58,539 nucleotides of DNA, taken from assembly GCA_044377725.1 (NCBI GenBank), contig JBILYM010000001.1, forward strand, positions 1 through 58,539, given 5' to 3'. A model generated the notes under the pieces. It searched no databases. It saw only the letters and a list, made by a program, of their open reading frames with translations, and was not told the DNA's origin. Source of the stretch: Phycisphaerales bacterium (GTDB lineage Bacteria; Planctomycetota; Phycisphaerae; Phycisphaerales; SM1A02). The position numbers were made by a program, and so were the translations under genes. Positions 8,649 through 19,191 of the stretch are shown piece after piece; within the stretch, counting starts at the first letter, position 1; the number at the start of each line of letters is the position of its first letter.

Positions 8649-10178
8649 TCAAGGATTACGAAGTACGCACGGTCCTGAATCGGTTGACGCGACTTCAAGA
8701 ATGAGAATGCGTGCGCTCGAAGGCTTGTTGGTCCGGACCCGCCGGGTAGCACCGGTTGCTCGCTCTGGATAAGGGATTCGTACTGCGGCATCAGTCCAAG
8801 ACTCGTCGTCGTCACCGTTCCCGCCCGTCGATGGTTTGCGGACGAATAAATCGACGCTATCAGACGGGTTCTCCGACAGGACAGCGATGATCCGTGAACC
8901 ATCACTCACTCCGTTTGTGGGGTGGTACTCGTCCTGATATCCAGTATCCCCTAAGCGCGCCATCTTCCACCCGACGAGTACGTCGTGCTCATTCTCGCGC
9001 AGCAATTCGATCAGCGCTCGTAGGCCTGTTGGGTTTCCCCAAGAGGGGATCATTGTCTCGAACAATTGACATGGGTCCAATGGGATCCCATCGGTAATCA
9101 CTTTCTCAGTTTCTGCTTGCCCGAGGATTTTTCGCACGCGTAGCGTGGGGCTGCTGCTGGTTGTGTTTGGTGCGTCTCCGATGCCAACGAGCCGGGGCGT
9201 CGACGATCCAATATCAGACGTCGTGAATGGACCGCCTGCGCAATCAGTCACCGTCGGCACGACTGGGATTTGCATCCATCCACCGACGCCCTTGGATGGG
9301 TCTCCTGCGGCTTTAGTGACCTCGGTCTTCACCAATTGGTTTCGGGTATCGGCCTGCTCAACCACGGTGGAACTCAGAGATGTTCCCACTCCCGCCGAAG
9401 TCCATGAATCCGCCGCAAACTTGAGCGTCTTGAATTCGCTTAGCAATTCTTGTTGCGCAGTGATGTTCGCTACGACCAATGACGATGCCCCGGGAATGTG
9501 ACGGAATGCCGATACTGGCAATTGGAAGTGGGATAGTGGTTGGAGTGGATCGCCGTTGGCGATCGCGATCAACTCAACGTCCACGTTGGTTTCGGAATCA
9601 CCAGGTAGCAAGGCATTCCATTGTGTTACAAGCCAGTCCGCACTGTCGAAATTGATGATTGTTGCGTTGCTGCTCCACAGCGCCCCACGGACGAACGGCA
9701 ATGTGCGCGGCCCGTTAGTTTCTGAGGTTTCACGGGGCTCCGCGTTGTCCGGGACTATCGGAGGCTTTTTGTTGGTCGGTTCAGGATTGGAGCTCTCATT
9801 TGGATTCGCTTCCGGTGGGCTGTTCGATGGTGGCGCCCCGCCACCGCTTCCGCCGCCACCGCTTCCGCCACCGCCGCTTCCGCCGCCACCACCGCCTCCC
9901 CCACCTGCTGGTGGGGGTACTTCACCCCGACTAGGCGTCTTTTGCGGCAAGAGTCGTGGCAGTGGGGCCCGTGGTGCGGCAGTAAGCGCGGGCGCGCGCG
10001 GTCCGGCTTTGTTGTTTCCGTTTCCCGAGCCTGGTGGCAATGAAGGGTTAACCTCTTCTGGCTTTTTTTCAAGTTCCGGCAGAACGGGCGGTTGTGGATC
10101 TGCAGCTTGATGCGCGATTGCAGCAGGCTGCATGGCGAGGGAAATTGCAAGAAGCGCCACGCTGCAAACTCGGTTCAT
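8649..10178 (-). CDS. Hypothetical secreted protein with a Pro-rich N-terminal region and a (G4S)n-like glycine linker
   Basis: Signal peptide MNRVCSVALLAISLAMQPAAIAHQ, taking the start at 10178 rather than 10289. It contains the run GGGGGGGGSGGGGSGGGGSGGG. The C-terminal ~330 aa have no recognisable motifs. Confidence 0.55.
   Translation of the reverse strand: MNRVCSVALLAISLAMQPAAIAHQAADPQPPVLPELEKKPEEVNPSLPPGSGNGNNKAGPRAPALTAAPRAPLPRLLPQKTPSRGEVPPPAGGGGGGGGGSGGGGSGGGGSGGGAPPSNSPPEANPNESSNPEPTNKKPPIVPDNAEPRETSETNGPRTLPFVRGALWSSNATIINFDSADWLVTQWNALLPGDSETNVDVELIAIANGDPLQPLSHFQLPVSAFRHIPGASSLVVANITAQQELLSEFKTLKFAADSWTSAGVGTSLSSTVVEQADTRNQLVKTEVTKAAGDPSKGVGGWMQIPVVPTVTDCAGGPFTTSDIGSSTPRLVGIGDAPNTTSSSPTLRVRKILGQAETEKVITDGIPLDPCQLFETMIPSWGNPTGLRALIELLRENEHDVLVGWKMARLGDTGYQDEYHPTNGVSDGSRIIAVLSENPSDSVDLFVRKPSTGGNGDDDESWTDAAVRIPYPERATGATRRVRTNKPSSARILILEVASTDSGPCVLRNP
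9841..9900 (-). repeat. 15-nt x ~4 in-frame tandem repeat encoding the GGGGS-type linker
   Basis: The + strand reads ccaccgcttccgccg / ccaccgcttccgcca / ccgccgcttccgccg / ccaccaccgcctccc. Confidence 0.8.
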
Positions 10179-10261
10179 TGATCGGGCCAGCCAGATTCGT
10201 CGTTTGGTACGCACGGTTACTCGTCCTCGGAATGGCGTTGCATCGTCCCAATGGCTTGTGA

Positions 10262-12286
10262 ATGGTACACTTTCACCTAATGTGGGCAAGTTCGCACAAA
10301 CTCCGGTGCAAACGCTTCGGCGTGTTGGTGGTCGGCGTGATCCTTGCAGGGCTGATGCCGCTCATCGGTTGTTCTGATGATTCGAGCTCGAGCGCCGGGC
10401 GCAAGACTGTCTGGGTTCCTACTGAGACATCGACGAAACACGCCCAAGAGCGATCAATAACAGCAGATGAATTGGTGACGTCAGCGGCTTCGCCGGAGTC
10501 TCAATTCAAAGCTCGGCGTGCATGTGCATTTGCGGCACACGAATTGCCTACCGTCCTTCGCGCCGGTGATCAAAGTCCTTGGCGTGCCCAAGCCTTGACT
10601 CAGTCAGTTGATCTTGCCTGCCATACAGGCACTCCCATTGATTCAATTCGCGCTTTACTTGCAGATACCGCGATCGTGACAGACCCATTTGCCATGGGCG
10701 TTCTGCGCAATAATTTAGGCTGCGCCATTCTTTCGCAATCAGCAGTTGGGGATGCGGTTGACGCCGTTGACCCTGCCATCATCGAGTCTGCCCTTGCGGA
10801 GTTCGAGGGCGTATGCCAAGTACCCGAAGCTCCCCTGAATGAGGCGGCTTGTCATCTCTGGCTCGCGCGCCTGCGACCGTTAGAGGCCGACGCGCACATT
10901 CGTCTAGCACAAGCGGCGCTCAATCGATTAGATGCGGACGAACTGAGTTGTCCAATGCGTGCGGGCCAATTCCTCGGAGTTGTTGGTGCAGGGGAGCGTC
11001 TTGCGTTTGTGTTGGACAGTTCACAAAGCATGGTGGGTCCGCCCTTAGATGGGCTGAAGTCTGCCGCTAAGCAGGCTATTCATCGACTTTTGCCATCATC
11101 GGCATTTATGGTGAGCTTCTTCGGCGATGACGCGACGGTAATGCCTATCCCGTCTGGTGCAAACGTCGATAGAGGTATGTTGATTCGAGGATCATTCTCT
11201 CCTGAGCGGGATGCAAGCATGGTGGCTTGTGATGAATGGATCACACGTCACAGTGCGAGTGGCGACACTTACCCACTGAATGCTCTGCGTGCCGTTGCCG
11301 CGGCGAAGCCCACTCAAGTGTTTCTGTTTACAGACGGCTTGATTGATGATGACACGGGTGAAGTTGCACGTATTGCAGATGAATTCGCGTCAATGCACGC
11401 GCGCATAGACGTCATTATCCTTGCCAATGAGAAGCTTGCGAAGGCGGGATGGTCAGTCGAAGACATCGTTCGGGTTCCGCGTTATCTCGCAAGTCGGACT
11501 GGCGGAGTCGTTCGGCTGATCGGCGAGGCTGGCTCGACGGGCAATGTTTCTTCGGCATGGCTCTCTGGATTTTCGATTCGGAACGCGGCAGAGCGTGACG
11601 GGATGTGGACGCCGGCCGTGGCTCGGCAGTACGCAGTCCTTGTCGCGTCGGTGAATCTATGGAAGCACACGCTCGATCCGTCATGGAAGCTTCCTGCAAC
11701 TACGGCCGAGGGATGCACGTCAGCACTTCGTTCACTGGTGCCGGATCCGGTTACAAGTGATGCTGGGCCTAGCCGACAGGATTGGCAACTCCTGATGATC
11801 GAGGGCGCGGCTCGTTGTAGTTTGGGAGATCCCGCTGCCTGGAAGTCCTTTGACGAAGCAGCAGAAATCTTGTCGGCATTGGCTCTATCTGCTGCCGAAA
11901 TTGGCGAGTCTGCTACCGAGGATCACTACAGTGAACTCTGCGCGCGGGCTGTACTTCTCTCGGCGCTAGCGAAGCCCGAGCGCTTCCAAGCAGCATCAGC
12001 CAACGCCGCGCTCAAGAGGCTCGATTTGTTGCACATCAAACACGGTTGCTGGAGTGTGCAGCTTCTTGAATCCGTCAATTCTTGGTTTCCATCAAGGTGT
12101 ACACGGTCCTTGAAGCCAGACCACTTACCAGATGCACTTGCTTTGCAGGAGTTCGCAGCAATTCACCGCATCGTGTTTGGCGGCGAACCGGCGTCTCCGG
12201 CAGATATGTCCGGGGCACCGATAGCCGACAGAGTTGTCTTTAAGTTCGCACAAGATCGCAGCGCATCGCTGGCGCAAACACCATGA
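10262..12286 (+). CDS. Locus gene A: lipoprotein with a von Willebrand factor A (vWA) domain
   Basis: Lipobox-like LMPLIGC follows a basic n-region. The MIDAS motif DSSQS lies at 11015-11029 within LAFVLDSSQSM. Downstream are SGDTYPLNAL and VFLFTDGLIDDD, the Thr and Asp MIDAS elements. The C-terminal half is helical and unassigned. Confidence 0.75.
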   Translation: MVHFHLMWASSHKLRCKRFGVLVVGVILAGLMPLIGCSDDSSSSAGRKTVWVPTETSTKHAQERSITADELVTSAASPESQFKARRACAFAAHELPTVLRAGDQSPWRAQALTQSVDLACHTGTPIDSIRALLADTAIVTDPFAMGVLRNNLGCAILSQSAVGDAVDAVDPAIIESALAEFEGVCQVPEAPLNEAACHLWLARLRPLEADAHIRLAQAALNRLDADELSCPMRAGQFLGVVGAGERLAFVLDSSQSMVGPPLDGLKSAAKQAIHRLLPSSAFMVSFFGDDATVMPIPSGANVDRGMLIRGSFSPERDASMVACDEWITRHSASGDTYPLNALRAVAAAKPTQVFLFTDGLIDDDTGEVARIADEFASMHARIDVIILANEKLAKAGWSVEDIVRVPRYLASRTGGVVRLIGEAGSTGNVSSAWLSGFSIRNAAERDGMWTPAVARQYAVLVASVNLWKHTLDPSWKLPATTAEGCTSALRSLVPDPVTSDAGPSRQDWQLLMIEGAARCSLGDPAAWKSFDEAAEILSALALSAAEIGESATEDHYSELCARAVLLSALAKPERFQAASANAALKRLDLLHIKHGCWSVQLLESVNSWFPSRCTRSLKPDHLPDALALQEFAAIHRIVFGGEPASPADMSGAPIADRVVFKFAQDRSASLAQTP

Positions 12287-15174
12287 CACACACTCGACAG
12301 AACATGATTCGCCTCGTCCCGAATTGCGGTATCCAGTATTTACAGCTCCAAGATATTTCGCTGAAAGATCTGCTTGCTCATCAGTTCAGCGCCCGGGTGA
12401 AAGTCGCTCCGGAGGGGAGTCTGTCTGTGATCGCACCACTTGCGCCTCGGGCTCGCTCCAGTGCGAGCGTGACAGATGAGTTCAGCGATGATCAGCTTGA
12501 TTTAGAAGGGGCCCCAAAACTCAAATCCCGACTTGCCGATATGTCGGTGCTCAATCAGTTGCTGGCCGCATCGCCCGATGGCGTTTGGCTTCCGGTCCCT
12601 TATGACGCTGGCGGTCTTTGGGTTACGGTGTTTCTTGCCCTTCAAGATGGCAAGGACCAGCGCGTCTCTGTTTGTCTCGCCGTTGAGACGACCCTCGACT
12701 GTGATGGATGTCCGGAAGGGCTAGCCGCGGACGAACTCGGCGAGCGCGTACCGGATCCATGTGGTCCAGTCTTTTGGGGCACCGACGCCGCGCGTCAATC
12801 CATTCGCGCGATCACATCCGGTTTAAAGTCGCCTGGATCTCGGCAGGCGATGGACGCTGCACAGTTGGCCATTGCGGGTCTCGCTAGTTACCTGAACCAG
12901 CACGGCATGGCCCGATTGCACTTCGATGCTCGCCCGGAAGAACGCCTTGCAGTTGGTGTTGATGTGATTGTCGACCTTGGCAACAGCCGAACATGCGTTC
13001 TCTTAGTTGAGCAGCGCGAAGGGGGTCGCCGCGAAAGTCTGCAGTTGGTTTATCCCGATGATCCTCTAAACGCGGTTAAATGTCCCTTCTTGACACAGTC
13101 GGCATTTGTTGAGCATGAGATTCTGCCGCGCTCAGTGGAAGGAATATTTAGTTTTCGATTCCTGTCAATTATCAAAATGGGCCAGCCGGCTCTCGATGCC
13201 CTACTCCGTTCGAAACGGGATGTTCGCCCGCTTGGAATCAGTACTCCAAAGCGTTATCTTTGGGAAGACAAGGAAAGGGTTGCGTGGGAATGGCGATGCG
13301 CGAATCGCGAGGATGAACAGCAAATGTCGCCGCGTATTCACGGTGATGTCCTCCGGCGAATGAGTCCACGGAATCCGCTTACAAAGGCGCCCGAGATCGC
13401 GGGTGTCCCGGCGCAGCCGGACTATCCACGTGCGGCTTGCATGGTCTGGTCGATGGTGGAAATCCTTGAACAGGCATTTCGGCAGGTGAATTCGCCTGAA
13501 TGGCGACGCGCGGCGGCCAATGCGCCACTCGCGGAGCGGCGGCGGCAGATTCGCAATTTAGTCATCACTTACCCAGTTGGGTTCCATAGCGTTGAACTTG
13601 AGAATCTAGACAAGGCTGCATCGCGCGCCGCTCGGCTTTGGTCTGAATTCCGATCAGCCCCCGAAGCCTTTTGTTCTGGCGTCGATCACATTACGGTTGA
13701 CCGCGACTTTGGTATGCGACCACCTGTAGTTCAGCTCGTTTGCGATGAGGCGGTTGCGATCCAAGTCTGTTGGCTGTATGGCGAGTCAATGCATCGGTTC
13801 CAAGCCGATCCCGATCTGCTCATCGGGGCACTGGGTCGTCGTCGTAAGGATGTCGACACACTGCGCATGGCGTCTTTGGATATCGGTGGTGGAACTATCG
13901 ACCTTGCTATTTCTGATTACACAGTGAATGGGAACATGCGGGCTGCCGTGGCATTCCAGTGCAAGACGCTCTTTCATGACGGCATCAGTCGTGCTGGAGA
14001 TGATGTTGTGCGTGGCATCCTGGAAGAAGTGGTTTTCCCAGCGATCATCCGGCAGTGCAAAATCACGGTCCAGCGATGGAATGAGGTGTTTGCATCAACG
14101 TCGACCCCGAACGACGAAGTGCGAGAACTGCGGCAGCGCCTCGTGCGCGAGGTGTGGATGCCAGTGGCGATGCACTGCCTCTCCACATTCGAAGCGAGTG
14201 AGGGTGCGCCGGTGCGATTTGAGATTGGGCATGCGTGCAATAATCTCAGCATCCTTGACGCGCTACAGACTCGTGTTTCGGGGGGCACTGCACCTCGAAT
14301 GCAGTTTCGCGATGTGATTATTGAAGCGGACAAAAAGGTGATGAGAGGCATTGTCCGAAATACGATCGGGAAGACGATCTTTCAGTGCGCCGACATCATC
14401 GATCAATTCGACTGCGATTTGATGGTCGTAGGCGGGCGGCCGTCGAGCAACCCGGCGATTCGCGACCAGATCTACGCGTCGATGGCAGTCCCTCCCGGAC
14501 AAGTGTTCTTTCTGTCAGAGTTAGCTGCCGATGATTGGTATCCGTTCGCAGATGGCAATGGACGGATTGGAGACGCGAAAACATGTGGGGTGGTGGGTGG
14601 TTGGCTTGCGTTTGCAGCCCGGCATGGAATGGGGCAATTCATGCTGAACATTGATGATGACGCTGAATCCTCGCGGGAGCATGCGGAGGCCGCACTCATC
14701 ATCGGATACTTAAAAGACGCAAATCCTGCCAACCCTGCGGCTTTCACCAATGATTCCCGAGTCAATTTCGATTCCGACGCGAAGGGATTGGCAGTGATGC
14801 CATTGCAGCCACTGACTATCGCGAGCCGCAGGGTGGATGACCCGCTCGCCGAGGCGCGGCCCATCTATCGGTTATCACTGAAGAAGCAGCACATCGATGC
14901 CCTTCAGCAACAGCTTGGGCTTATGAAAGAGGTTCGAGTGAAGTTTGAGCGAACCGCGCCGCCCCCAAGAGAGGACGTGCAACTTGGAGACCGCATCATG
15001 CCGTCACCGCGCTTTGATCGAATCAGCATCCCGGTAGGCGGTATCGAGGGTACGGTTCCGCCGGATCACCAAGCGGAGGATTGTTTCGAGCTCCGTCCTC
15101 GCACCTTGCTCGACAATGAGGGCTATTGGATCGACACAGGCATCTTTCGTTCAGTGGACAAGGGCGACGCATAA
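12283..15174 (+). CDS. Locus gene B: SrfB-like actin/Hsp70-fold ATPase (963 aa)
   Basis: Phosphate-1 motif DLGNSRT (12973-12993), phosphate-2 motif LDIGGGTIDLAISDY (13879-13905) and adenosine motif LMVVGGRPSSNPAIRDQI. Its size and the N-terminus LVPNCGIQYLQL resemble the SrfB family as I remember it. ATGA overlap with gene A. Confidence 0.7.
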   Translation: MTHTRQNMIRLVPNCGIQYLQLQDISLKDLLAHQFSARVKVAPEGSLSVIAPLAPRARSSASVTDEFSDDQLDLEGAPKLKSRLADMSVLNQLLAASPDGVWLPVPYDAGGLWVTVFLALQDGKDQRVSVCLAVETTLDCDGCPEGLAADELGERVPDPCGPVFWGTDAARQSIRAITSGLKSPGSRQAMDAAQLAIAGLASYLNQHGMARLHFDARPEERLAVGVDVIVDLGNSRTCVLLVEQREGGRRESLQLVYPDDPLNAVKCPFLTQSAFVEHEILPRSVEGIFSFRFLSIIKMGQPALDALLRSKRDVRPLGISTPKRYLWEDKERVAWEWRCANREDEQQMSPRIHGDVLRRMSPRNPLTKAPEIAGVPAQPDYPRAACMVWSMVEILEQAFRQVNSPEWRRAAANAPLAERRRQIRNLVITYPVGFHSVELENLDKAASRAARLWSEFRSAPEAFCSGVDHITVDRDFGMRPPVVQLVCDEAVAIQVCWLYGESMHRFQADPDLLIGALGRRRKDVDTLRMASLDIGGGTIDLAISDYTVNGNMRAAVAFQCKTLFHDGISRAGDDVVRGILEEVVFPAIIRQCKITVQRWNEVFASTSTPNDEVRELRQRLVREVWMPVAMHCLSTFEASEGAPVRFEIGHACNNLSILDALQTRVSGGTAPRMQFRDVIIEADKKVMRGIVRNTIGKTIFQCADIIDQFDCDLMVVGGRPSSNPAIRDQIYASMAVPPGQVFFLSELAADDWYPFADGNGRIGDAKTCGVVGGWLAFAARHGMGQFMLNIDDDAESSREHAEAALIIGYLKDANPANPAAFTNDSRVNFDSDAKGLAVMPLQPLTIASRRVDDPLAEARPIYRLSLKKQHIDALQQQLGLMKEVRVKFERTAPPPREDVQLGDRIMPSPRFDRISIPVGGIEGTVPPDHQAEDCFELRPRTLLDNEGYWIDTGIFRSVDKGDA

Positions 15175-15179
15175 TCACA

Positions 15180-15980
15180 ATGCTCCCTCCTGATTCAAAC
15201 GCTCCTCTGTCGGTCGGTGCCCCATCATTCCATGCGGCCCAAGAACGCTATTGGCGACAGTTGTACGAGCGTTTCAGCTCGCCATTCGGCCAACAGCAGC
15301 AAATGGTCGAGTTTGATTCCCTGAACCGGGAGGTGACCATGAAGGCTTCCGCGTTCGTTGCAGATCGCGGCCTCCGCATGCCGGAGGATGGGATCGTCGA
15401 GGGACTTGATGTTGCATTTCCGAACGCGTTGCCACGCCATACAAGTCCGCCCGAGTCGATCGCGGGTCCGCTGGCCACTGGTAGCGGCGATCTCCTCTCG
15501 CGATTAGGCCTTGGGGATGCAGAAAAATTGTGGCCGCCTTCGCAGATATCGCGGCTTCAGGTCTTTGCCGAAGAGGCCGAGGCGATTGAGCGACTGTGGG
15601 CATCTCATGCGGACCTCAACCGATCGAGAGATGAAACCGGTGAAGTTGGTCGCATTCGATCACGCCGTGATGAGGCGATTCGATTTATCTCGGCACGATT
15701 TTATGTCGAGTTTCGGGCCGCTGGGATTCCGAACGCGGTCATTGATTCAGTCGCGGTTTCTTTCGCGCGCCGGCTCGAACAGTCGCTCTGCGAGACGAAC
15801 GAGTCAGTTATTACCGTACAAACCGGCACCCGATTCAACTCTGTTAAGCATGAGACACCGGCATCCGGTGGACAGCTGGCGGGCGTTGCTCCGTTAACTT
15901 TCGGACTTGTACGTGACGGCTCGGTCGTCATGCGCATCCCGGTAGAGCCATTTAGCGGTCCCGCGGGAGTTCCACAGTGA
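15180..15980 (+). CDS. Locus gene C: soluble protein with a GrpE-like C-terminal signature (putative nucleotide-exchange partner of B)
   Basis: The C-terminus [16 protein letters not shown]...[18 protein letters not shown] parallels the GrpE pattern G.xFDPxxHEA...GYxxxGRvlRPAxVxV, and it is preceded by charged helices. ATG at 15180 lies 5 nt after the stop of B. The CDS call is firmer than the GrpE assignment. Confidence 0.55.
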   Translation: MLPPDSNAPLSVGAPSFHAAQERYWRQLYERFSSPFGQQQQMVEFDSLNREVTMKASAFVADRGLRMPEDGIVEGLDVAFPNALPRHTSPPESIAGPLATGSGDLLSRLGLGDAEKLWPPSQISRLQVFAEEAEAIERLWASHADLNRSRDETGEVGRIRSRRDEAIRFISARFYVEFRAAGIPNAVIDSVAVSFARRLEQSLCETNESVITVQTGTRFNSVKHETPASGGQLAGVAPLTFGLVRDGSVVMRIPVEPFSGPAGVPQ

Positions 15981-18136
15981 TTGAAGTACTTGAACCAGGG
16001 CAAGTCCTCATAGAGATCCCGGGACATGGGCCGATCTTGCAGTTTACGGATTATCTCAATAGGCAATTTGGTGGCATGCTCGCTGCTGGCAGGCAGGTGC
16101 AACAAGGACATGCGCGCGCGGTGGATTGGCAGATAGACGGATTGCAGCGCCTCGATTCAAAAGATCCTCGGGTGATTCGAGCGACCGTAACCTTACAAGC
16201 ATCTCTGCAGCGGGTCAGCGCAGCTATTGAGGAAATTAGCCTGTTGCTGACGGCCTCGCGTGCGGACCGCATTCGTATCCACAAAGCGCTTTCTTCAGCG
16301 ATCGGTGGACGTGGACAGGCTGATGCTGTCTACCAACGGTCGGAAGTGGAGCACTTGCGAATGGTCAATCGCCTCGCGGCGTCCGGCGTGCAACGGGCGA
16401 TTGCGCGCGGGGAATTTTATGGGGATGGTCACAAGGTTGTTCTTCGTGGATGGGCCATTCTTCCATTGGAACTACAACCCCCACCCACTCAAGGCCCGGT
16501 TGAGGTTTCTGGATCGATGGGATTGGCGGAGATGGTCGATGGGCGGCCGGTTCACGTCGTTGTGTGGCACACGAGTGGTCCCGCTACGTCGGTGCAGTTG
16601 TATGAGTTCGATTCATCCAACAACCTAGTGCCAGTCGAAGGAACAAACGAGTCAGTATCGGGAAATCCCGGCTCTGGTCGTTGGCGCTTTGCTTCGGAGC
16701 GCCTGCCAACGGGTAAGCAACTCGTCGTGGCAGCCTATGGTGCCGATTCTGAAACGCGATCGACGCCGTTTGTGGTCGAGGGTGTTCTGGTCACACCCCC
16801 GGCGGTGCCGCTCGTCGATGTGCCGCCAGTCGTTGTGCCACCAGTCGCTGTGCCACCAGTCGCTGTGCCACCAGTCACTTTACCGCCTTTTGGTGGGCCC
16901 CCAGTGGTGGTAACGCCACCTATCAAAGTTAAGGAGTATGTTCCCGAGCGACCACGAAGCGCTCGGTGGTGGATATTGGCAGCAGTCCTTGCGGCGATTC
17001 TCATGTTGCTTTGGCTTCTTTGGTTCTTTATGCCTGGGCGACCAGTCTTCGGCTGGAGTCCGGAGTTCTTTACGGCACAACACGTGGTGTTGCCAGAGGC
17101 CGAACACGTCGCCGAGGGGCGCGGCCGGATTATTTCTGCGGATCCACCTGTTAGTCCGCCGACTGATGATCTGCCTGAATCTTCCCCGTTGTTACCGAAT
17201 GGCGGGGCGCGGGTAGCAGTCACGCCGACACCGGCGGGCTCGGTAACGCCCCATGAACCCGTTGATTTGGGTCCTGCAGATCAAGTTCGTCGCCGTCGGG
17301 TAATCCCGACATACGTTGATCGTCCGGCGCCAGAGTCAACACCCGAGCCCGAGTCAACACCCGAGCCAGAGCCAGCACCCGAGCCCGAGTCAACACCCGA
17401 GCCCGAGTCAACACCCGAGCCAGAGCCAGCACCGGAGCCAAAGCGAGCACCCGAGCCAGAGCCCGCATCGGAGCTGGCACCAAAGCCAGCGTCAGCACCT
17501 GAACAGGCGCCAGCGCCTGAACCCGCAGCGGCGTCTGAGCCGGCGCCAGCGCCTCTGGCTCCCCCGAATCCTGGTGGATGTGAGATCCGATTCGAGCCAT
17601 CCCTGCGTACATGGTGTTTAGGCGATGACGGTCCGTGCCAACTACGTATTGGGATTGAACTTGATCAACTTGCTCCTGGATTCATCCAGTGGGCTGAAGG
17701 GGCTGGCTTGGAATTGATTGGTGGCGGAGAAAGTAATGCGAAGGCGAAGTTCGCCATCGACCCTGCACGGATGGCCGCGCTCTCTTCCGACAGTCACTTT
17801 GACGGAATGGGTGTTTCAATTGTCGCTGAGCCAGGGCGCATCATGGTCACCGGTCAAGCGTGGCGACCGATAGCGATCATGTCCCACAGGGTCGGAGACA
17901 GCTCGGTGTGTCGTGGGCGTATTGAAGGAGTTCCCATGGGAACTAAGGAATCCCTTGTATCGCTGGATTCCGCCACTGGAACACGGGAGCTGCGCGGTGA
18001 CTTTGCTTCCGATGTCTGGCGACTGGTGGTGGCAGGAAGCGTTGGTCAACAATCACTGCGCTTCTCGGCGTGTGACCGGACTGTCGTCAGTGCGCCTTTC
18101 ACTATTGTGGTACTGCCAACGGGGGCACAGAGATGA
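15977..18136 (+). CDS. Locus gene D: single-pass membrane protein (N-in) with VPPV and PE(S/T)-rich repeats flanking the TM helix
   Basis: GTGA overlap with C. The TM helix [21 protein letters not shown] is preceded by basic residues. (VPPVA)4 lies before it and [18 protein letters not shown] x2 after it. The ~200-aa C-terminal ectodomain has no recognisable family. Confidence 0.65.
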   Translation: MIEVLEPGQVLIEIPGHGPILQFTDYLNRQFGGMLAAGRQVQQGHARAVDWQIDGLQRLDSKDPRVIRATVTLQASLQRVSAAIEEISLLLTASRADRIRIHKALSSAIGGRGQADAVYQRSEVEHLRMVNRLAASGVQRAIARGEFYGDGHKVVLRGWAILPLELQPPPTQGPVEVSGSMGLAEMVDGRPVHVVVWHTSGPATSVQLYEFDSSNNLVPVEGTNESVSGNPGSGRWRFASERLPTGKQLVVAAYGADSETRSTPFVVEGVLVTPPAVPLVDVPPVVVPPVAVPPVAVPPVTLPPFGGPPVVVTPPIKVKEYVPERPRSARWWILAAVLAAILMLLWLLWFFMPGRPVFGWSPEFFTAQHVVLPEAEHVAEGRGRIISADPPVSPPTDDLPESSPLLPNGGARVAVTPTPAGSVTPHEPVDLGPADQVRRRRVIPTYVDRPAPESTPEPESTPEPEPAPEPESTPEPESTPEPEPAPEPKRAPEPEPASELAPKPASAPEQAPAPEPAAASEPAPAPLAPPNPGGCEIRFEPSLRTWCLGDDGPCQLRIGIELDQLAPGFIQWAEGAGLELIGGGESNAKAKFAIDPARMAALSSDSHFDGMGVSIVAEPGRIMVTGQAWRPIAIMSHRVGDSSVCRGRIEGVPMGTKESLVSLDSATGTRELRGDFASDVWRLVVAGSVGQQSLRFSACDRTVVSAPFTIVVLPTGAQR
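16820..16879 (+). repeat. 15-nt x 4 in-frame tandem repeat (VPPV[VA])
   Basis: gtgccgccagtcgtt / gtgccaccagtcgct / gtgccaccagtcgct / gtgccaccagtcact. Confidence 0.85.
17333..17440 (+). repeat. 54-nt x 2 near-perfect in-frame tandem repeat, built of 18-nt E(S/P)(T/A)PEP subunits, degenerating downstream to about 17560
   Basis: 17333-17386 and 17387-17440 differ at two positions. The repeat encodes [18 protein letters not shown]. Confidence 0.85.
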
Positions 18137-19191
18137 CCGCCAACCAAGTGTGGGCGGTGGTCCGTGAGCCGGCTGCAGACCTAGCAAAGGATGCATTCGG
18201 AGTCCCAGTTGTTGCTCGTAGTGAGTGGGTGCGCGTGTTTCTTGGGCGCTCGTTTACGTTCTCGCAAGTGAACAGGGACGGCTCTGGCGTGGAGTACTTG
18301 GTGTTCGGTTCATGTTCCCAAGCAGCCACGGCGTCGGAGAGATTGCGGACGTGGTTGGATGCGGACTTTGCAACACTCGAGACATTGGTCGAGCGCCATC
18401 GTGAACTCATTCGTTCACCAGAAACTCGGCCCGATTCAGCAATCTTGGTCCGGGCCTATGCGACACTTCGTCATGTCAACGTACCGACTGATCCACTCGA
18501 CTGGCTTGTTACCGACGAGGGGCTAGCGATTGTTCGATGGGGCTTGTCATCGGTCGGGCGGCCGCTTTTGTCATGGACATCCAAGGAGCTTCAGGAGCAG
18601 AAGGAAGCGATATTGCGGAATAACCCGCATCTTCGTTCTGCGACAGGGCCCTTGCCACCGCTATCGGCATCTGCGCTGGATGTGGCAGCGGCGATCGGAG
18701 TGGATGTGGCGGCGCAGATCAGTCGAGACGCGAAGGTTGTAGACCTTGAAGGTCGGGTGAAGCGTCGCGACATTGCAGTGAAGGAACGAGACGCAAAGAT
18801 TTTGCAAATCCAATCATCATTAGATCGGTGTCTCAAGAGTAATCAGGCGAAAGCGAGCGCTGACAAACAGCGCGAAGCAGAGCAAGCGGCGGAAGTAGTC
18901 GGCGAGGGAGTGTCCGCTCCGGAGCCAGTATCGAGGCGATCCTTGTTAGCCCGTCCGTGGTGGTTCTGGACCGCCGAAGCCGTTGTTGTTTGCGTCGCCC
19001 TGATCATTACTTGGCTCGTGGCCCAGTCCATGGCGCCCTCCGCGATGCCCAAGTCTGCTGAAGGGTCAACGCCTGTTGCTCCTGTTACCAGTCCGAGTTC
19101 ACCGAAGCCGGCGCCCAATCCCAAGACCGGCTCCTCCATTTCTAAATCCGCTCACACTGAAGACCAGACTAAATCGCGATTAATACTATGA
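18133..19191 (+). CDS. Locus gene E: membrane-anchored protein (cytoplasmic domain, coiled coil, C-proximal TM helix, short Pro/Ser-rich tail)
   Basis: ATGA overlaps on both sides (with D and F). The TM helix is [24 protein letters not shown]. No recognisable family. Confidence 0.6.
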   Translation: MTANQVWAVVREPAADLAKDAFGVPVVARSEWVRVFLGRSFTFSQVNRDGSGVEYLVFGSCSQAATASERLRTWLDADFATLETLVERHRELIRSPETRPDSAILVRAYATLRHVNVPTDPLDWLVTDEGLAIVRWGLSSVGRPLLSWTSKELQEQKEAILRNNPHLRSATGPLPPLSASALDVAAAIGVDVAAQISRDAKVVDLEGRVKRRDIAVKERDAKILQIQSSLDRCLKSNQAKASADKQREAEQAAEVVGEGVSAPEPVSRRSLLARPWWFWTAEAVVVCVALIITWLVAQSMAPSAMPKSAEGSTPVAPVTSPSSPKPAPNPKTGSSISKSAHTEDQTKSRLIL

